In this document: positions 9,609 to 19,632 of the stretch, piece by piece | Position numbering within the stretch: the stretch's first letter is position 1 | How the letters are laid out: the number at the start of each line of letters is the position of its first letter | Assembly: GCA_031459915.1 (NCBI GenBank) | Contig: JAVKHO010000014.1 | Span: 16,934-80,933, forward strand | Reading direction: 5' to 3' | DNA: 64,000 nucleotides | From: Candidatus Tepidifontimicrobium thermophilum | Lineage (GTDB): Bacteria > Sysuimicrobiota > Sysuimicrobiia > Sysuimicrobiales > Sysuimicrobiaceae | Translations under genes and position numbers: made by a program | The notes under the pieces: model-generated | What the model was told of the DNA's origin: nothing | Seen by the model: the letters and a program-made list of their open reading frames with translations, nothing else | Databases searched by the model: none

Positions 9609-10951
9609 CGGCCTGCGGTTCTCTGGAACTGCCGGAGCACTTCGTTGCCCCGCCGCACCGCGGCGTCCAGGGCCGCCTTGGGAGACTGCTGTCCCTGCAG
9701 GGCCCGTTCGACCTCTTCGTACAGGATGGTCCGGATCTCCGGCATGTTGCCCAGCCGGATCCCCTTGGAGTTCGCCGTGGGCCGGGTCCGGGTCAGCTGC
9801 TGGATGGGGATCTCCGCCCAAGGGTTCCGCTGGTAGTACCCGAGGGCCCTGGCCCGCTGGATGGCGGTGAAGGTGATGGGGATGTAGCCGGTCTCCATGT
9901 GCCACTTAGCAGAGACCTCCGGGCTGCTGAGGTACCGGAAGAACTCCGCCACCGCCTTGTACTCCTCCGGGGTGCGGCGCGGGGAGGTCATCACCCACAG
10001 GGACGCCCCACCGATGATGGAGTTCTTAGGTGCCCCCTTCACGTCGTCGTAGTAGGGCAAGAAGCCCACGCCCCACTCGAAGCGCGCTTCCCGCTGGTAC
10101 CGGGCGAACAGTGCGGAGGACGCCGTCAGCATGGCGCACTCCCCTGAGGGGCCCAGGGCATCGCCTGCGGCGTCCCGGCCACCGTACTTGAACAGGCCTT
10201 CCCGCTGCATCTGCACGATGTTCTCCAGGTGCCTCACGTACAGGGGGGCGTTGACCAAGAGCTGCGCGTCCGTCCCATCGAAGCCGTTGGCCCGGGTGGC
10301 GAACGGGACGTCGTGGATGGCCCCGAAGTTCTCAAAGTGGATCCAGGTGGGCCACGCAGTGGACCAGCCGCACGGCGCCGCGTTGCTGGCCCGGATGCGC
10401 TGCGCCGCCTCCCGGAGCTCTGCCCAGGTTCGTGGCGGGCGCTCCGGGTTCAGCCCGGCTCGGCGGAAGGCGTCCTTGTTGTACCACAGGACCGGGGTGG
10501 AGCTGTTGAAGGGCATGGACACCATGCGCCCGTCCGGCGTGCTGTAGTACCCGCGCACCGCGGGCAGGTAGACGCTGGGGTCGAACGGGGTCCTGGTCTC
10601 CTGCATCAGCTCGTACACCGGCTTGATGGCGCCTCGGGCCGCCATCATGGTGGCGGTGCCCACCTCGAACATCTGGACGATGTGGGGCGCGTTGCCCGCC
10701 CGGAAGGCCGCGATGGCCGCCACCATGGTCTCCGGGTAGGACCCCTTGAAGGTGGCGTTCACCCGGTAGTTGGCCTGGCTGGCGTTGAACCCGCTCACGA
10801 TGCTCTCCAACGCCTCGCCCAGCGGACCCCGCAGGGCGTGCCAGAACTCCACCTGGACCCGTGGGGCCTGCGCACGCCCGGCAGCGGCCCCCAGGACCAG
10901 CAACAGGGCGACTGCCGCCGCGCAGACGGCGCCCCGGTTCAACCGGCTCAT
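9605..10951 (-). CDS. ugpB: sn-glycerol-3-phosphate ABC substrate-binding protein
   Basis: Signal peptide; EFWHA, QMFEVGTATMM, SMPFNSSTPVL, IIGGASLW, KWHMETGY, KGIRLGN. Confidence 0.93.
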   Translation of the reverse strand: MSRLNRGAVCAAAVALLLVLGAAAGRAQAPRVQVEFWHALRGPLGEALESIVSGFNASQANYRVNATFKGSYPETMVAAIAAFRAGNAPHIVQMFEVGTATMMAARGAIKPVYELMQETRTPFDPSVYLPAVRGYYSTPDGRMVSMPFNSSTPVLWYNKDAFRRAGLNPERPPRTWAELREAAQRIRASNAAPCGWSTAWPTWIHFENFGAIHDVPFATRANGFDGTDAQLLVNAPLYVRHLENIVQMQREGLFKYGGRDAAGDALGPSGECAMLTASSALFARYQREARFEWGVGFLPYYDDVKGAPKNSIIGGASLWVMTSPRRTPEEYKAVAEFFRYLSSPEVSAKWHMETGYIPITFTAIQRARALGYYQRNPWAEIPIQQLTRTRPTANSKGIRLGNMPEIRTILYEEVERALQGQQSPKAALDAAVRRGNEVLRQFQRTAGR

Positions 10952-11799
10952 GACCTCACCTCCTGTTGTGTTTGCTCCCGTCCGGTACCGAGTCGTTCGA
11001 ACCCCTCCGGGAGGACGTCCGCGAGGCTGTCGAGGACGAACTCGGGCGGTTCCGGACACCGCGCCACCATCTCCCGCGTCGTGGCCCCGGTCAGTACCAC
11101 GGCGGTGGCGCTGCCCATGGCCCGGCCCAAGGCCACGTCCGTCTCCAGCCGGTCACCCACCACCAGGGTGTCTTCCGGCCGTGTCCCCAGGTGCTCCAAC
11201 AGAACCCGCGCCATGATGGACGAGGGCTTCCCCACCACCTCCTCGAGGGCCCGTCCCGTGGCGGCCTCCAGGGCCGCCACCACGGCGCCCGCGTCCGGGA
11301 GGCCGCCGTCCGGCGTGGGGCAGTACGGGTCGCGGTTGGTAGCGATGAACCGCGCGCCCCGCCGCAGGGCGTCGAACCCGATCTTCAGCTTGCGGTAGTC
11401 AAAGGTACGGTCGAAGCACGCCACCACGTAGTCCACCTGGTCGGGGTCCTCCACCAAGGAGAATCCCGCCGCCCGGAGCTCCCGCTTCACGGAGTCCTCG
11501 CCGATGACGAACAGCCGCGAACCGGGCGCGGTGGCCGCCAGGTGCTGGACCAACACCATGGAGGAGTTGATCACGTCCTCCGGCTGCGTGGGGATCCCCA
11601 GGCGAGTGAGCTTGGCCGCGTAGTCGTCCCGCGTGTACAGGGGGTTGTTGGAGAGGAACACCACCCGGGCCCCGACCCCCCGCAACGCCGCGATGGCGCG
11701 GTCCGCGCCGGGCAACAGGCGGTCCCCCAGGTACACCGTCCCGTCGAGATCCACGGCGTAGCCACGGTAGACGCGGTCGGGCCGGGACCGGGGCCTCAT
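10948..11799 (-). CDS. HAD subfamily IIA hydrolase (NagD-like phosphatase)
   Basis: DLDGTVY, FLSNN, ATNRD, GKPS, VGDRLETDV, VLTG. Confidence 0.93.
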   Translation of the reverse strand: MRPRSRPDRVYRGYAVDLDGTVYLGDRLLPGADRAIAALRGVGARVVFLSNNPLYTRDDYAAKLTRLGIPTQPEDVINSSMVLVQHLAATAPGSRLFVIGEDSVKRELRAAGFSLVEDPDQVDYVVACFDRTFDYRKLKIGFDALRRGARFIATNRDPYCPTPDGGLPDAGAVVAALEAATGRALEEVVGKPSSIMARVLLEHLGTRPEDTLVVGDRLETDVALGRAMGSATAVVLTGATTREMVARCPEPPEFVLDSLADVLPEGFERLGTGREQTQQEVRS

Positions 11800-13514
11800 C
11801 CGCCGCCGCTCCCGAACAGCCCTCCGAGCCGCGCTCCCGTGAGGCGGTAGATGGCGTACAGGATAACCGCCGACAGCGTGACCAGCACCACGCCCAGGGC
11901 GGCAGCCTGCCCGAAGGTCCCGGAGGTGTAGAAGGTGAAGATGCCCACGGTGATCGTCTCCCACCCCGGCAGCACCAGGAGGATGGTGGCCGCGGCCTCC
12001 TGCAGCGCAAACAGCAGGGAGAACAGCGCGCCCGCCACCACGCCGCGCCAGATCAGGGGCAAGGACACGTCGAAGAACGTGCGGAGGCTGGAAGCGCCCA
12101 CGCTGGCCGCAGCCTCCTCCATGGCCCGGTGCACCGTGAGCAGGGACGCGAAGGTGGCGCGCACCGTGTACGGCATCCGGCGGACCGCCAGCACCAGCGG
12201 CATCACGAACCACGACCGGGTGAGGGTGATCCCCGCCAGGGGTGCGTGGAAAGCCCGCAGGTAGGCGATTCCCACCGCCGTCCCCGGCAGCGCCAGCACC
12301 AGGGTCACCACCGAGTCCACCAGCTCCCGGCCTGGAAGGGAGGTCCGGGCCAGCATCCAGCCGATGGACACGCCCAGCACCAGGATCAGGGCCACCGCCA
12401 CGGCGCCCCACCGGAGGCTGTTCACCACGTAGGTGGGCGTGAGGTGCAGGACCTGGTCGAAGTGCTCCAGGGTGAACCGCGTGGGGAACGGGGTCAGGGA
12501 CCACGCCTTCCCGAAGGCCGCCAGCAGCAGTCCCAGGTGGGGAAGGAACGCCAGCCCGAGCACGGCGGCGAACAGGGCGGGTGCGATCAGCCGCCACGCG
12601 CCCCGGAGGGGCCGGCGCTCCACCGCGCGGTACGAAACCACCGCGTACTCCCGCATGGCCACTGCCCGCCGGGCAACCACCAGAAAGCCCACGGCCATGA
12701 GGGACATGAGGGCCCCCACCACCAGTCCCATGCGGAAAAGCCGGCGGTCCACGAACTGAACGATGTTCAGGTAGGCCTGGGCCGCCAGCAGGTCCTGCAT
12801 CCCCACCACCAGGGGCGTGGCAAAGTCCGCGAAGGACAGGATAAACACCAGGGTCGCGCCCGAGACCAAGCCGGGTGTCAGCAGCGGTAACGTGATGTCC
12901 CGCACCCTGCGCAAACCCCGGGACCCCATGGCCTCCGCAGCCTCCTCGAGGGAGGCGTCCACCTTCGTGAGGGCGTCCACCACGTTCAGGGTCACCAGGG
13001 GGAAGTAGTGCAGGACCATGGCCAGGAGGACCCCGTGCCAGCCGTACAGGAAGTTCACCGGCCGGGGCAGCCCGAGGTAGTCCATCAGGAGCACGTTGAC
13101 AGTGCCCGCGCGGCCGAGGACGAATACCAGGCCCATGATGCCCACCAGGGGAGGCATGACGATGGGCAGCACCGTGAGGTAGGACCACAGCTCGCGGCCC
13201 GGGAAGTCGTACCGTACCAGCAGGAACGCGGCCGGCAGTCCCAGGGCGAGGCAGCCCACCACGGTCCCGCCCGCGACCCACAAGGAGTTCACCAGAGCTT
13301 TCCGGTAGAAGGGGTCCCCCGCGAACTGCGCCAGGTAGTTCACGGTGAAGCGGCCTCCCTCGTCCGTGACCGCCTCCGCCAGGAGGCGGACCAAGGGATA
13401 GACCACGAACAGCAGGAGGAACGTGTACACCGGCGCAGCCCAGAGCCAGCCCGGCAACCGCCAGCGGGGCCGTGCGCGCGGCCAGGCAGCCTCCCGGGCC
13501 ACTTCCACGCTCAC
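11796..13514 (-). CDS. ABC permease, fused two-domain FbpB/AfuB type
   Basis: Two EAA loops (SLEEAAEAMGS, AMEEAAASVGA), YDFPGR, ADFATP. Confidence 0.9.
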   Translation of the reverse strand: MSVEVAREAAWPRARPRWRLPGWLWAAPVYTFLLLFVVYPLVRLLAEAVTDEGGRFTVNYLAQFAGDPFYRKALVNSLWVAGGTVVGCLALGLPAAFLLVRYDFPGRELWSYLTVLPIVMPPLVGIMGLVFVLGRAGTVNVLLMDYLGLPRPVNFLYGWHGVLLAMVLHYFPLVTLNVVDALTKVDASLEEAAEAMGSRGLRRVRDITLPLLTPGLVSGATLVFILSFADFATPLVVGMQDLLAAQAYLNIVQFVDRRLFRMGLVVGALMSLMAVGFLVVARRAVAMREYAVVSYRAVERRPLRGAWRLIAPALFAAVLGLAFLPHLGLLLAAFGKAWSLTPFPTRFTLEHFDQVLHLTPTYVVNSLRWGAVAVALILVLGVSIGWMLARTSLPGRELVDSVVTLVLALPGTAVGIAYLRAFHAPLAGITLTRSWFVMPLVLAVRRMPYTVRATFASLLTVHRAMEEAAASVGASSLRTFFDVSLPLIWRGVVAGALFSLLFALQEAAATILLVLPGWETITVGIFTFYTSGTFGQAAALGVVLVTLSAVILYAIYRLTGARLGGLFGSGGG

Positions 13515-14584
13515 GGGGCCTCCTCCGGAAACACCAGCGCCGACTCGGGATGGAAGCTGACCACGGTCCGCTGGCCCGGACTCAGGACGGGGTGGCCCTT
13601 GGGGTTGTGGACGTCCACCAGCAGGACCCGTCCCCCTTCCACCTCCACTTCGTAGCGGAGGAGAGAGCCCAAGTACTGCGACAGGGCCACTCTTCCGGGT
13701 ACCCCCACGTCCCCGGGCGTCCCGTCGGAGATGCGGAGGGCTTCCGGCCGCACCGCCAGCACCGCCCGCGCCCCGGGGTGCAGGGGAGCCGCGGCGCGCC
13801 CGCGCAGCACACCCGCGGGAGTAGCGAGTTCCACCCACCCGTCCCGCAGGCCCGCAACGGTCCCCGGCAGGAGGTTGTTGGTCCCCACGAAGTCCGCCAC
13901 GAACAGGTCCGCGGGTCGCTCGTACAGCTCCACGGGTGTGCCCACCTGCGCCACCCGTCCGTCCCGCATCACCGCGATACGGTCGGAGATCACCATGGCC
14001 TCTTCCTGGTCGTGGGTCACGTAGACGGTGGTGATCCGGAGCTCCTGCTGCAGCCGGCGGATCTCGCTGCGCAGCCGGGCACGGACCTTGGCGTCCAGGT
14101 TCGAGAGCGGCTCGTCCAGCAGCAACAGGCGCGGGTTGAGGACCAAGGCCCGGGCCACGGCCACCCGCTGCTGCTGTCCCCCGGACAGCTGCCCGGGTGT
14201 ACGGTCCTCCAACCCCAGAAGGCCTACCTGCTGCAGGACCTCCTCCACCCGGCGGCGGACCTCCGCAGCCGGCAGCCGTCTGAGCCGTAGGCCGTAGGCG
14301 ACGTTGTCGAACACCGTCATGTGCGGCCAGAGGGCGTAGTTCTGGAATACGATACCCACCCCGCGCTCCGCGGGCGGAACGCCGCGGACGGATACGTCGT
14401 CGAAGTACACCTCGCCCTCGTCGGGGTCCACGAAGCCCGCGAGGATGCGCAGGGTGGTGGTCTTCCCACACCCCGACGGTCCCAGGAGGGTGAACAGCTC
14501 GCCCTCCCGGATCTCGAGACTGACCCCGGCCAGGGCTACGGTGGCCCCGAACCGCTTGACTACGCCCTCCAGCCGGACCCGCAT
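13511..14584 (-). CDS. ABC ATPase (FbpC/PotA/MalK family, TOBE domain)
   Basis: GPSGCGKTT, VFQNYALWPHM, LSGGQQQR, LLLDEPLSNLD, YVTHDQEEA. Confidence 0.95.
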   Translation of the reverse strand: MRVRLEGVVKRFGATVALAGVSLEIREGELFTLLGPSGCGKTTTLRILAGFVDPDEGEVYFDDVSVRGVPPAERGVGIVFQNYALWPHMTVFDNVAYGLRLRRLPAAEVRRRVEEVLQQVGLLGLEDRTPGQLSGGQQQRVAVARALVLNPRLLLLDEPLSNLDAKVRARLRSEIRRLQQELRITTVYVTHDQEEAMVISDRIAVMRDGRVAQVGTPVELYERPADLFVADFVGTNNLLPGTVAGLRDGWVELATPAGVLRGRAAAPLHPGARAVLAVRPEALRISDGTPGDVGVPGRVALSQYLGSLLRYEVEVEGGRVLLVDVHNPKGHPVLSPGQRTVVSFHPESALVFPEEAP

Positions 14585-14587
14585 CCC

Positions 14588-15733
14588 CTACGGGCAGAAG
14601 CGGCGCTTGAGCTCCGCGTGTCGCTCCAGGACCAGCTTGCGGAACACCTCGTTGACCTCGCTGTACCGCTTCTGGGCCACGTTGTCGTCGTACACGTTGT
14701 GCACGGGTTTCTCGAAGAACGACTTGATCCCCGTGAACTCCGCCATGCGGGCCAGCGGCGAGCCGGGAGGGCCCTCCATCTTGTACTTGGGAGAGATCCC
14801 GTACTGACCCCGGGCCATCATGGTCTTCTGCCCCTCCTCGCTGAGGGCGAACTGGATGAACTCCCGCGCCGCCCGCGGGTTCCGGGCTCCGGCCAGCACT
14901 GCCAGCGGCTCCGGGGTGACGAAGGCGGCGGTCGGGTGCACGTACCGGAGCTCGTACCCGCTGAGCAGGTCCTCGAACGCCATGTAGGCGGGAACCGCGA
15001 AGCCCACCGCGAACTCGCCCTTGGCCACCACCGTGGGCACGTCGCGGCTGCGGGCTACGAAGATCCCGGTATTGGCCCCCAATCGCTGTGCCCACTCCCA
15101 GCCCTTCTGCCAGCCGTACAGCTGCAGGATCACCTCGTAGGTGGCGTGGTTGGAGCTGGACCGGTCCGGAGTCGCCTGCGCGATCTGGCCCTTGAGCCGG
15201 CAGTCAAGAAGGTCGTCCCACTCCCGCAGGGTCTGGAGCCCGACGCGCCGCAGCAGGCGCGGGTGGTACACCAAGCCGTAGGGGGTCAGGCAGCACCCTA
15301 CCCAGAACCCACGGGGGTCCTTGAGGAGCACAGGCTTCGGCGTTCCGATGGACGCGGGGATCTCCCGGAGCACGCTTTCCGGTAGCTCCAGGGGGGCCAG
15401 GAGCTTACGCTCCGCCAGGTCGTCAAACAGGGCGGGCTCGCCGCCCCAGAAGATGTCCGCCTCGGGCCGCCCGCCCCACTCCCGGATGCGGCCGTAGGCC
15501 ACGGGGGTGCCCGCGGACACCACGGTGACCTGCACGTCCACGTTGTGCCGCCGCCGCGCGAACTCGCGGAAGGCCGCCACCGTGGGCTCCGTCACCGTAC
15601 GGGCCACCGGCGTGATGATCACCAGCCGGTTCTCGATGGCCTGCTGGGCCCGCGACGGCCACGCTGGCAGCAGCGTGGTCATCATCGCTACGCTCAGCAG
15701 CGTGACAACCCACCAGGACCGAGCTTCCCTCAT
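14588..15733 (-). CDS. ABC substrate-binding protein (AfuA/FbpA-like)
   Basis: Signal peptide ending RAQ, PEADIFWGG, PDRSSS; leads the permease and ATPase genes; ATG with GGAGG RBS. Confidence 0.85.
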   Translation of the reverse strand: MREARSWWVVTLLSVAMMTTLLPAWPSRAQQAIENRLVIITPVARTVTEPTVAAFREFARRRHNVDVQVTVVSAGTPVAYGRIREWGGRPEADIFWGGEPALFDDLAERKLLAPLELPESVLREIPASIGTPKPVLLKDPRGFWVGCCLTPYGLVYHPRLLRRVGLQTLREWDDLLDCRLKGQIAQATPDRSSSNHATYEVILQLYGWQKGWEWAQRLGANTGIFVARSRDVPTVVAKGEFAVGFAVPAYMAFEDLLSGYELRYVHPTAAFVTPEPLAVLAGARNPRAAREFIQFALSEEGQKTMMARGQYGISPKYKMEGPPGSPLARMAEFTGIKSFFEKPVHNVYDDNVAQKRYSEVNEVFRKLVLERHAELKRRFCP

Positions 15734-15815
15734 CCCTCCACCTCCCTCTGTGACTGGTCCCCGCATCGCCTCGACACGGACTCCACCTCTTCCCTTAAGC
15801 CCCTTCCAAACAAGG

Positions 15816-15854
15816 CAAAAACCCACTCGACCCCGCACCCAGGGTCGAGCGGGT
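15816..15854 (-). terminator. Intrinsic terminator in the operon leader (GlpP antitermination target)
   Basis: Minus strand ACCCGCTCGACCC-loop-GGGTCGAGTGGGT followed by TTTT, lying between glpP and the first operon gene. Confidence 0.8.
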
Positions 15855-15922
15855 CCTCTCAGGTCTCTCCCGCCCGTATTCGGTTCTACCAAACTGACTA
15901 TGGCCCAGCCGCGGGCCATCGG

Positions 15923-16543
15923 TCAAGCTTCCCGGGCGACCGTGGGCTGGACACGTAGACCCCACAGCCGCCTGGCGCTGGCTGACACCCCCACCGCCCC
16001 CGACCGGAGGATGACTGCCACCTGTTCGGGCTGGGTCACCAGCCCCGCCCCGATCACCGGGTGGGGTACCGAAGCCCGCAGCTCCCGGATCACGTACGGC
16101 ACCGCCAGTCCGGGCAGGACCTCCACCAGGTCCGGGTCCGAGGCCCGCACCGCTGCGGTGCCCGTCCGCAAGGCCTCCGAGTCCACCATGAAAACCCGGT
16201 GGATGGCCAGGAGCCCCGCCGCCCTGGCCTCCCGCAGCAGGGCCCCCCGGGTACTCACCACGCCCGCCGCCCCCAGCTCCCTCAGCAGTCGGATCCCCGC
16301 GGCATCCTTGCCTACCCCCTCCACCAGGTCCAGGTGGACGTAGACCGGGATGCCGGCGTCCCCGCACCTCGGCAAGGCCTCCCGCAGCCCGAACACGTCG
16401 CCCTTGAAGAAGAAGATGGCCGCGGCCCCACGGCGGCAGGCCTCCTCCACGTCCTCCAAGCTGCGGACCGCGGGCACCACAGGGAGCTCCCGCAGCCGCG
16501 CCAGGAGCGCTTCCACCGCCGCGCTGGTGTGGCCGTCCGCCAC
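15923..16543 (-). CDS. glpP: Glycerol-3-phosphate-responsive antiterminator
   Basis: VHLDLVEG, GVVSTR, IHRVFMVDSEAL, PDLVEVLPG, IGAGLV, GAVGVSAS. Confidence 0.92.
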   Translation of the reverse strand: MADGHTSAAVEALLARLRELPVVPAVRSLEDVEEACRRGAAAIFFFKGDVFGLREALPRCGDAGIPVYVHLDLVEGVGKDAAGIRLLRELGAAGVVSTRGALLREARAAGLLAIHRVFMVDSEALRTGTAAVRASDPDLVEVLPGLAVPYVIRELRASVPHPVIGAGLVTQPEQVAVILRSGAVGVSASARRLWGLRVQPTVAREA

Positions 16544-16714
16544 TGTTGCAGCTCCCTCCCGCGACCTGCCCCAGTTGGGGCGCGCCCGCGTGTGGACCAT
16601 TCCACTCCTCTGGCTCCGTCTCCTCCGGAGCTGCAAGACTCCCTTTCCACGGCCTTCCGGGTGCCGCACAATGGAGCCGAGACCGAGTCCCACAACCGAC
16701 CCGGAGGTCACGCC

Positions 16715-19000
16715 ATGGCGCTCCGAGAGGAAGCCCTCGACTACCACGCCCGCGGCAGGCCCGGCAAGTTGGCGATCCACATCACCAAGCCCTTCGCCAC
16801 GCAGCGAGACCTGTCCCTAGCGTACACGCCCGGGGTAGCGGAACCCGTGCGGGAGATCGCCCACGCCCCCCTGGAGGCGTACCGGTATACCGCCAAGGGC
16901 AACCTGGTGGGGGTGGTGTCCAACGGGACCGCGGTGCTGGGGCTGGGGAACGTGGGAGCCCTGGCCAGCAAGCCCGTCATGGAGGGCAAGGCGGTCCTGT
17001 TCAAGCGGTTCGCGGACGTGGACGTGTTCGACGTCGAGGTGGACACCACGGACCCGGAAGAGTTCGTCCGGGTGGTCCGGGCCATCGCGCCCACCTTCGG
17101 GGGGATCAACCTGGAGGACATCCGGGCGCCGGATTGTTTCTGGATCGAGCAGCGGCTGCGGGAGGAGCTGGACATCCCCGTGTTCCACGACGACCAGCAC
17201 GGGACTGCCATCATCGCGGGCGCGGCCCTGCTGAACGCCCTGGAACTGGTGGACAAGCGCATCGACGCCGTCCGGCTCGTCATCAGTGGCGCGGGGGCTT
17301 CCGCCATCGCCTGCGCGGAGTTCTTCCTGCTGCTGGGCATGCGGCGGGACCAGATCGTGTTGGTGGACACCAAGGGGGTCGTCTACCGGGGTCGCACGGA
17401 CGGGATGAATCCCTACAAGGAGCGGTTCGCTGCAGACACCCCGGCCCGGACCCTCGCGGAGGCCCTGGCGGGTGCGGACGTGTTCGTGGGCCTGTCGGCG
17501 CCCAACATCGTGACCGGCGAGATGCTGAAGACGATGGCCGACCACCCCATCGTCTTCGCCCTGGCCAACCCGGACCCGGAGATCCCGTACGAGGAAGCCC
17601 GTGCTGCGCGGCCGGACGCCATCGTAGCCACCGGACGGTCCGACTACCCGAACCAGGTGAACAACGTCCTGGGCTTCCCCTTCATCTTCCGGGGCGCCCT
17701 GGACGTGCGCGCCCGCGCCATCAACGAGGAGATGAAGCTGGCCGCGTGCCGGGCCCTGGCCGCCCTGGCCAAGCAGGAGGTGCCCGACTCCGTCCTGCGT
17801 GCCTACGGCCTGGAGAAGCTGGCCTTCGGGCCGGACTACCTGATCCCCAAGCCCCTGGACCCGCGGGTCGCACTGTGGGTCGCGCCCGCGGTAGCGGAGG
17901 CCGCCATGCGTAGCGGGGTCGCCCGGCGGCACGTGGACCTGGAGGTCTACCGGGAGGAGCTGGCTCGGCGCCTGGTGCGCGGTCGCGAGGTGATGGGGGT
18001 GGTGTTCCAGAAGGCCCGGCGGGACCCCAAGCGCATCGTCTTCAGCGAGGGCGAAGAGCCCAAAATCCTGCGCGCCGCGGCCATCGTGGCGCAGGAGGGG
18101 ATCGCCACGCCCCTGCTCCTCGGCCGGGAGGCGGTGGTGCGGGCGCGCATGGAGGAGCTGCGGATCAACGGCGCCATCCAGGTGGTGGACCCCGACCGGT
18201 TCGACGGGCTCGAGGCGTACGCGCAGGAGCTGTACCGGCTGCGCCAGCGAAAAGGGGTCACCCTCCGCGAGGCCCGCACCCTGATCCGCCAGCCCAACTA
18301 CTTCGGGGCCATGATGGTGCGCAGGGGGGATGCGGACGGGTTCGTGGCGGGGCTCACCTACCACTACCCGGACGTGATCCGGCCCGCTCTCCAGGTCATC
18401 GGCCCGGGGCCGGGGGTCAGCCGCGTGGCGGGCCTGTACCTCATGATCCTGGACGGCCGGGCGTACCTCTTCACGGACCCCACGGTGAACATCGACCCCA
18501 CCGAGGAGGAACTGGCGGAGATCGCCATCATGGCTGCGGACAAGGCCCGGGAGTTCGACCTGGAGCCCCGGGTGGCCATGATCTCCTTCTCCAACTTCGG
18601 GTCCACCCGCCACCCCCGGTCCGACAAGGTGGCCCGGGCCACGGAACTGGTGAAGGAGGCCCGCCCGGACCTCATGGTGGACGGCGAGATGATGGCGGAC
18701 GTGGCCCTTTCCCCGGAGCTTCGGGCGGAGGACTACCCGTTCTCCGCCCTGGTGGGCGAGGCCAACGTGCTGGTGTTCCCGAGCCTGGAGGCCGCCAACG
18801 TGGCCTACAAGCTGGTCCAGCGCCTAGGAGGAGCTGTCGCGGTGGGGCCCATCCTCATGGGGATGGCGAAGCCGGTGCACGTGCTCAGCCGCGGTGCGGA
18901 AGTGAGCGACGTGGTGAACATCACGGCCATTGCCGTGGTGGACGCCCAGACCCCGAGGAAACCGGTGGGCGTCCGCTCGCTGTCCGGGGTCCGGCTGTGA
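16715..19000 (+). CDS. maeB: NADP-dependent malic enzyme with PTA-like domain
   Basis: [56 protein letters not shown]-terminal PTA-like domain (FSNFGS, VDGEM). Confidence 0.96.
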   Translation: MALREEALDYHARGRPGKLAIHITKPFATQRDLSLAYTPGVAEPVREIAHAPLEAYRYTAKGNLVGVVSNGTAVLGLGNVGALASKPVMEGKAVLFKRFADVDVFDVEVDTTDPEEFVRVVRAIAPTFGGINLEDIRAPDCFWIEQRLREELDIPVFHDDQHGTAIIAGAALLNALELVDKRIDAVRLVISGAGASAIACAEFFLLLGMRRDQIVLVDTKGVVYRGRTDGMNPYKERFAADTPARTLAEALAGADVFVGLSAPNIVTGEMLKTMADHPIVFALANPDPEIPYEEARAARPDAIVATGRSDYPNQVNNVLGFPFIFRGALDVRARAINEEMKLAACRALAALAKQEVPDSVLRAYGLEKLAFGPDYLIPKPLDPRVALWVAPAVAEAAMRSGVARRHVDLEVYREELARRLVRGREVMGVVFQKARRDPKRIVFSEGEEPKILRAAAIVAQEGIATPLLLGREAVVRARMEELRINGAIQVVDPDRFDGLEAYAQELYRLRQRKGVTLREARTLIRQPNYFGAMMVRRGDADGFVAGLTYHYPDVIRPALQVIGPGPGVSRVAGLYLMILDGRAYLFTDPTVNIDPTEEELAEIAIMAADKAREFDLEPRVAMISFSNFGSTRHPRSDKVARATELVKEARPDLMVDGEMMADVALSPELRAEDYPFSALVGEANVLVFPSLEAANVAYKLVQRLGGAVAVGPILMGMAKPVHVLSRGAEVSDVVNITAIAVVDAQTPRKPVGVRSLSGVRL

Positions 19001-19003
19001 GGG

Positions 19004-19579
19004 CTACTCCTTCTTGCGCTTGGCCCGCTCCACGTAGGTGCTGGTGGCCACCTCCACCCGCACCCACTCCCCGGGCGCGATGAAGGGGGGCACGAGGATC
19101 ACCAGGCCGTTCTCCAGCCGCGCCTCCTTCCACACGTTCTCGTTCCCCACGGAGCGCGTGGGCGGCGCGGTCTCCACCACCTGCAGCTCCACCACGTCCG
19201 GAAAGACCACGCCCACCGCTTGACCCTCCGAGAACTCTACGGGAACCGTGCTCCCCTCCGTGAGGTAGGCGGCGGCCGGGCCCAGCCGCTCGTTGTCAAT
19301 GGACACCTGCTCGAAGGTCTCGCTGTCCATGAAGTGGGTGGCCTCCGCGTCGCGGTACAGCACCTGCATGGGGCGCCGCTCCAGCTGGACGTCCTCCACG
19401 GTCTCGTCGGCGCGGAAGCGCACCTCGCGGACCGCGCCGGTGTGCAGGTTGCGGAGCTTCGCGTGGGTCACCCCACCCATCTGCCCGCCTCCTGCGTGGT
19501 AGGACGCCGTCACCACCTTGTACAGCTCCCCTCCGACCCGGATGGCCATCCCGCTGCGGAGTTCGGACGCCACCACCAT
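19004..19579 (-). CDS. Elongation factor P family protein, atypical loop
   Basis: ASELRSGMAI, KLRNLHTG, FMDSETFEQ, LENGLVILVPPFI..GE..YVER; KPGKG is replaced by AGGGQMG. Confidence 0.9.
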   Translation of the reverse strand: MVVASELRSGMAIRVGGELYKVVTASYHAGGGQMGGVTHAKLRNLHTGAVREVRFRADETVEDVQLERRPMQVLYRDAEATHFMDSETFEQVSIDNERLGPAAAYLTEGSTVPVEFSEGQAVGVVFPDVVELQVVETAPPTRSVGNENVWKEARLENGLVILVPPFIAPGEWVRVEVATSTYVERAKRKKE

Positions 19580-19632
19580 GTCCGCTCCTCCCGCCCGCGC
19601 CTCCACGCTCTAGTATAGGCAGGCGGGCCCCT

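Noticed and set aside
11796..15733. Ferric iron transporter call
   Set aside because: The family label fits, but the position inside a GlpP-led operon argues for a phosphorylated substrate; left unassigned.
3826..19000. Apparent N-terminal extensions or fusions (glpD to 6138, HAD to 13281, permease to 15095, maeB from 16061)
   Set aside because: The extensions run through neighbouring genes in other frames or strands; plausible internal starts, most with an RBS or stop-start coupling, exist.
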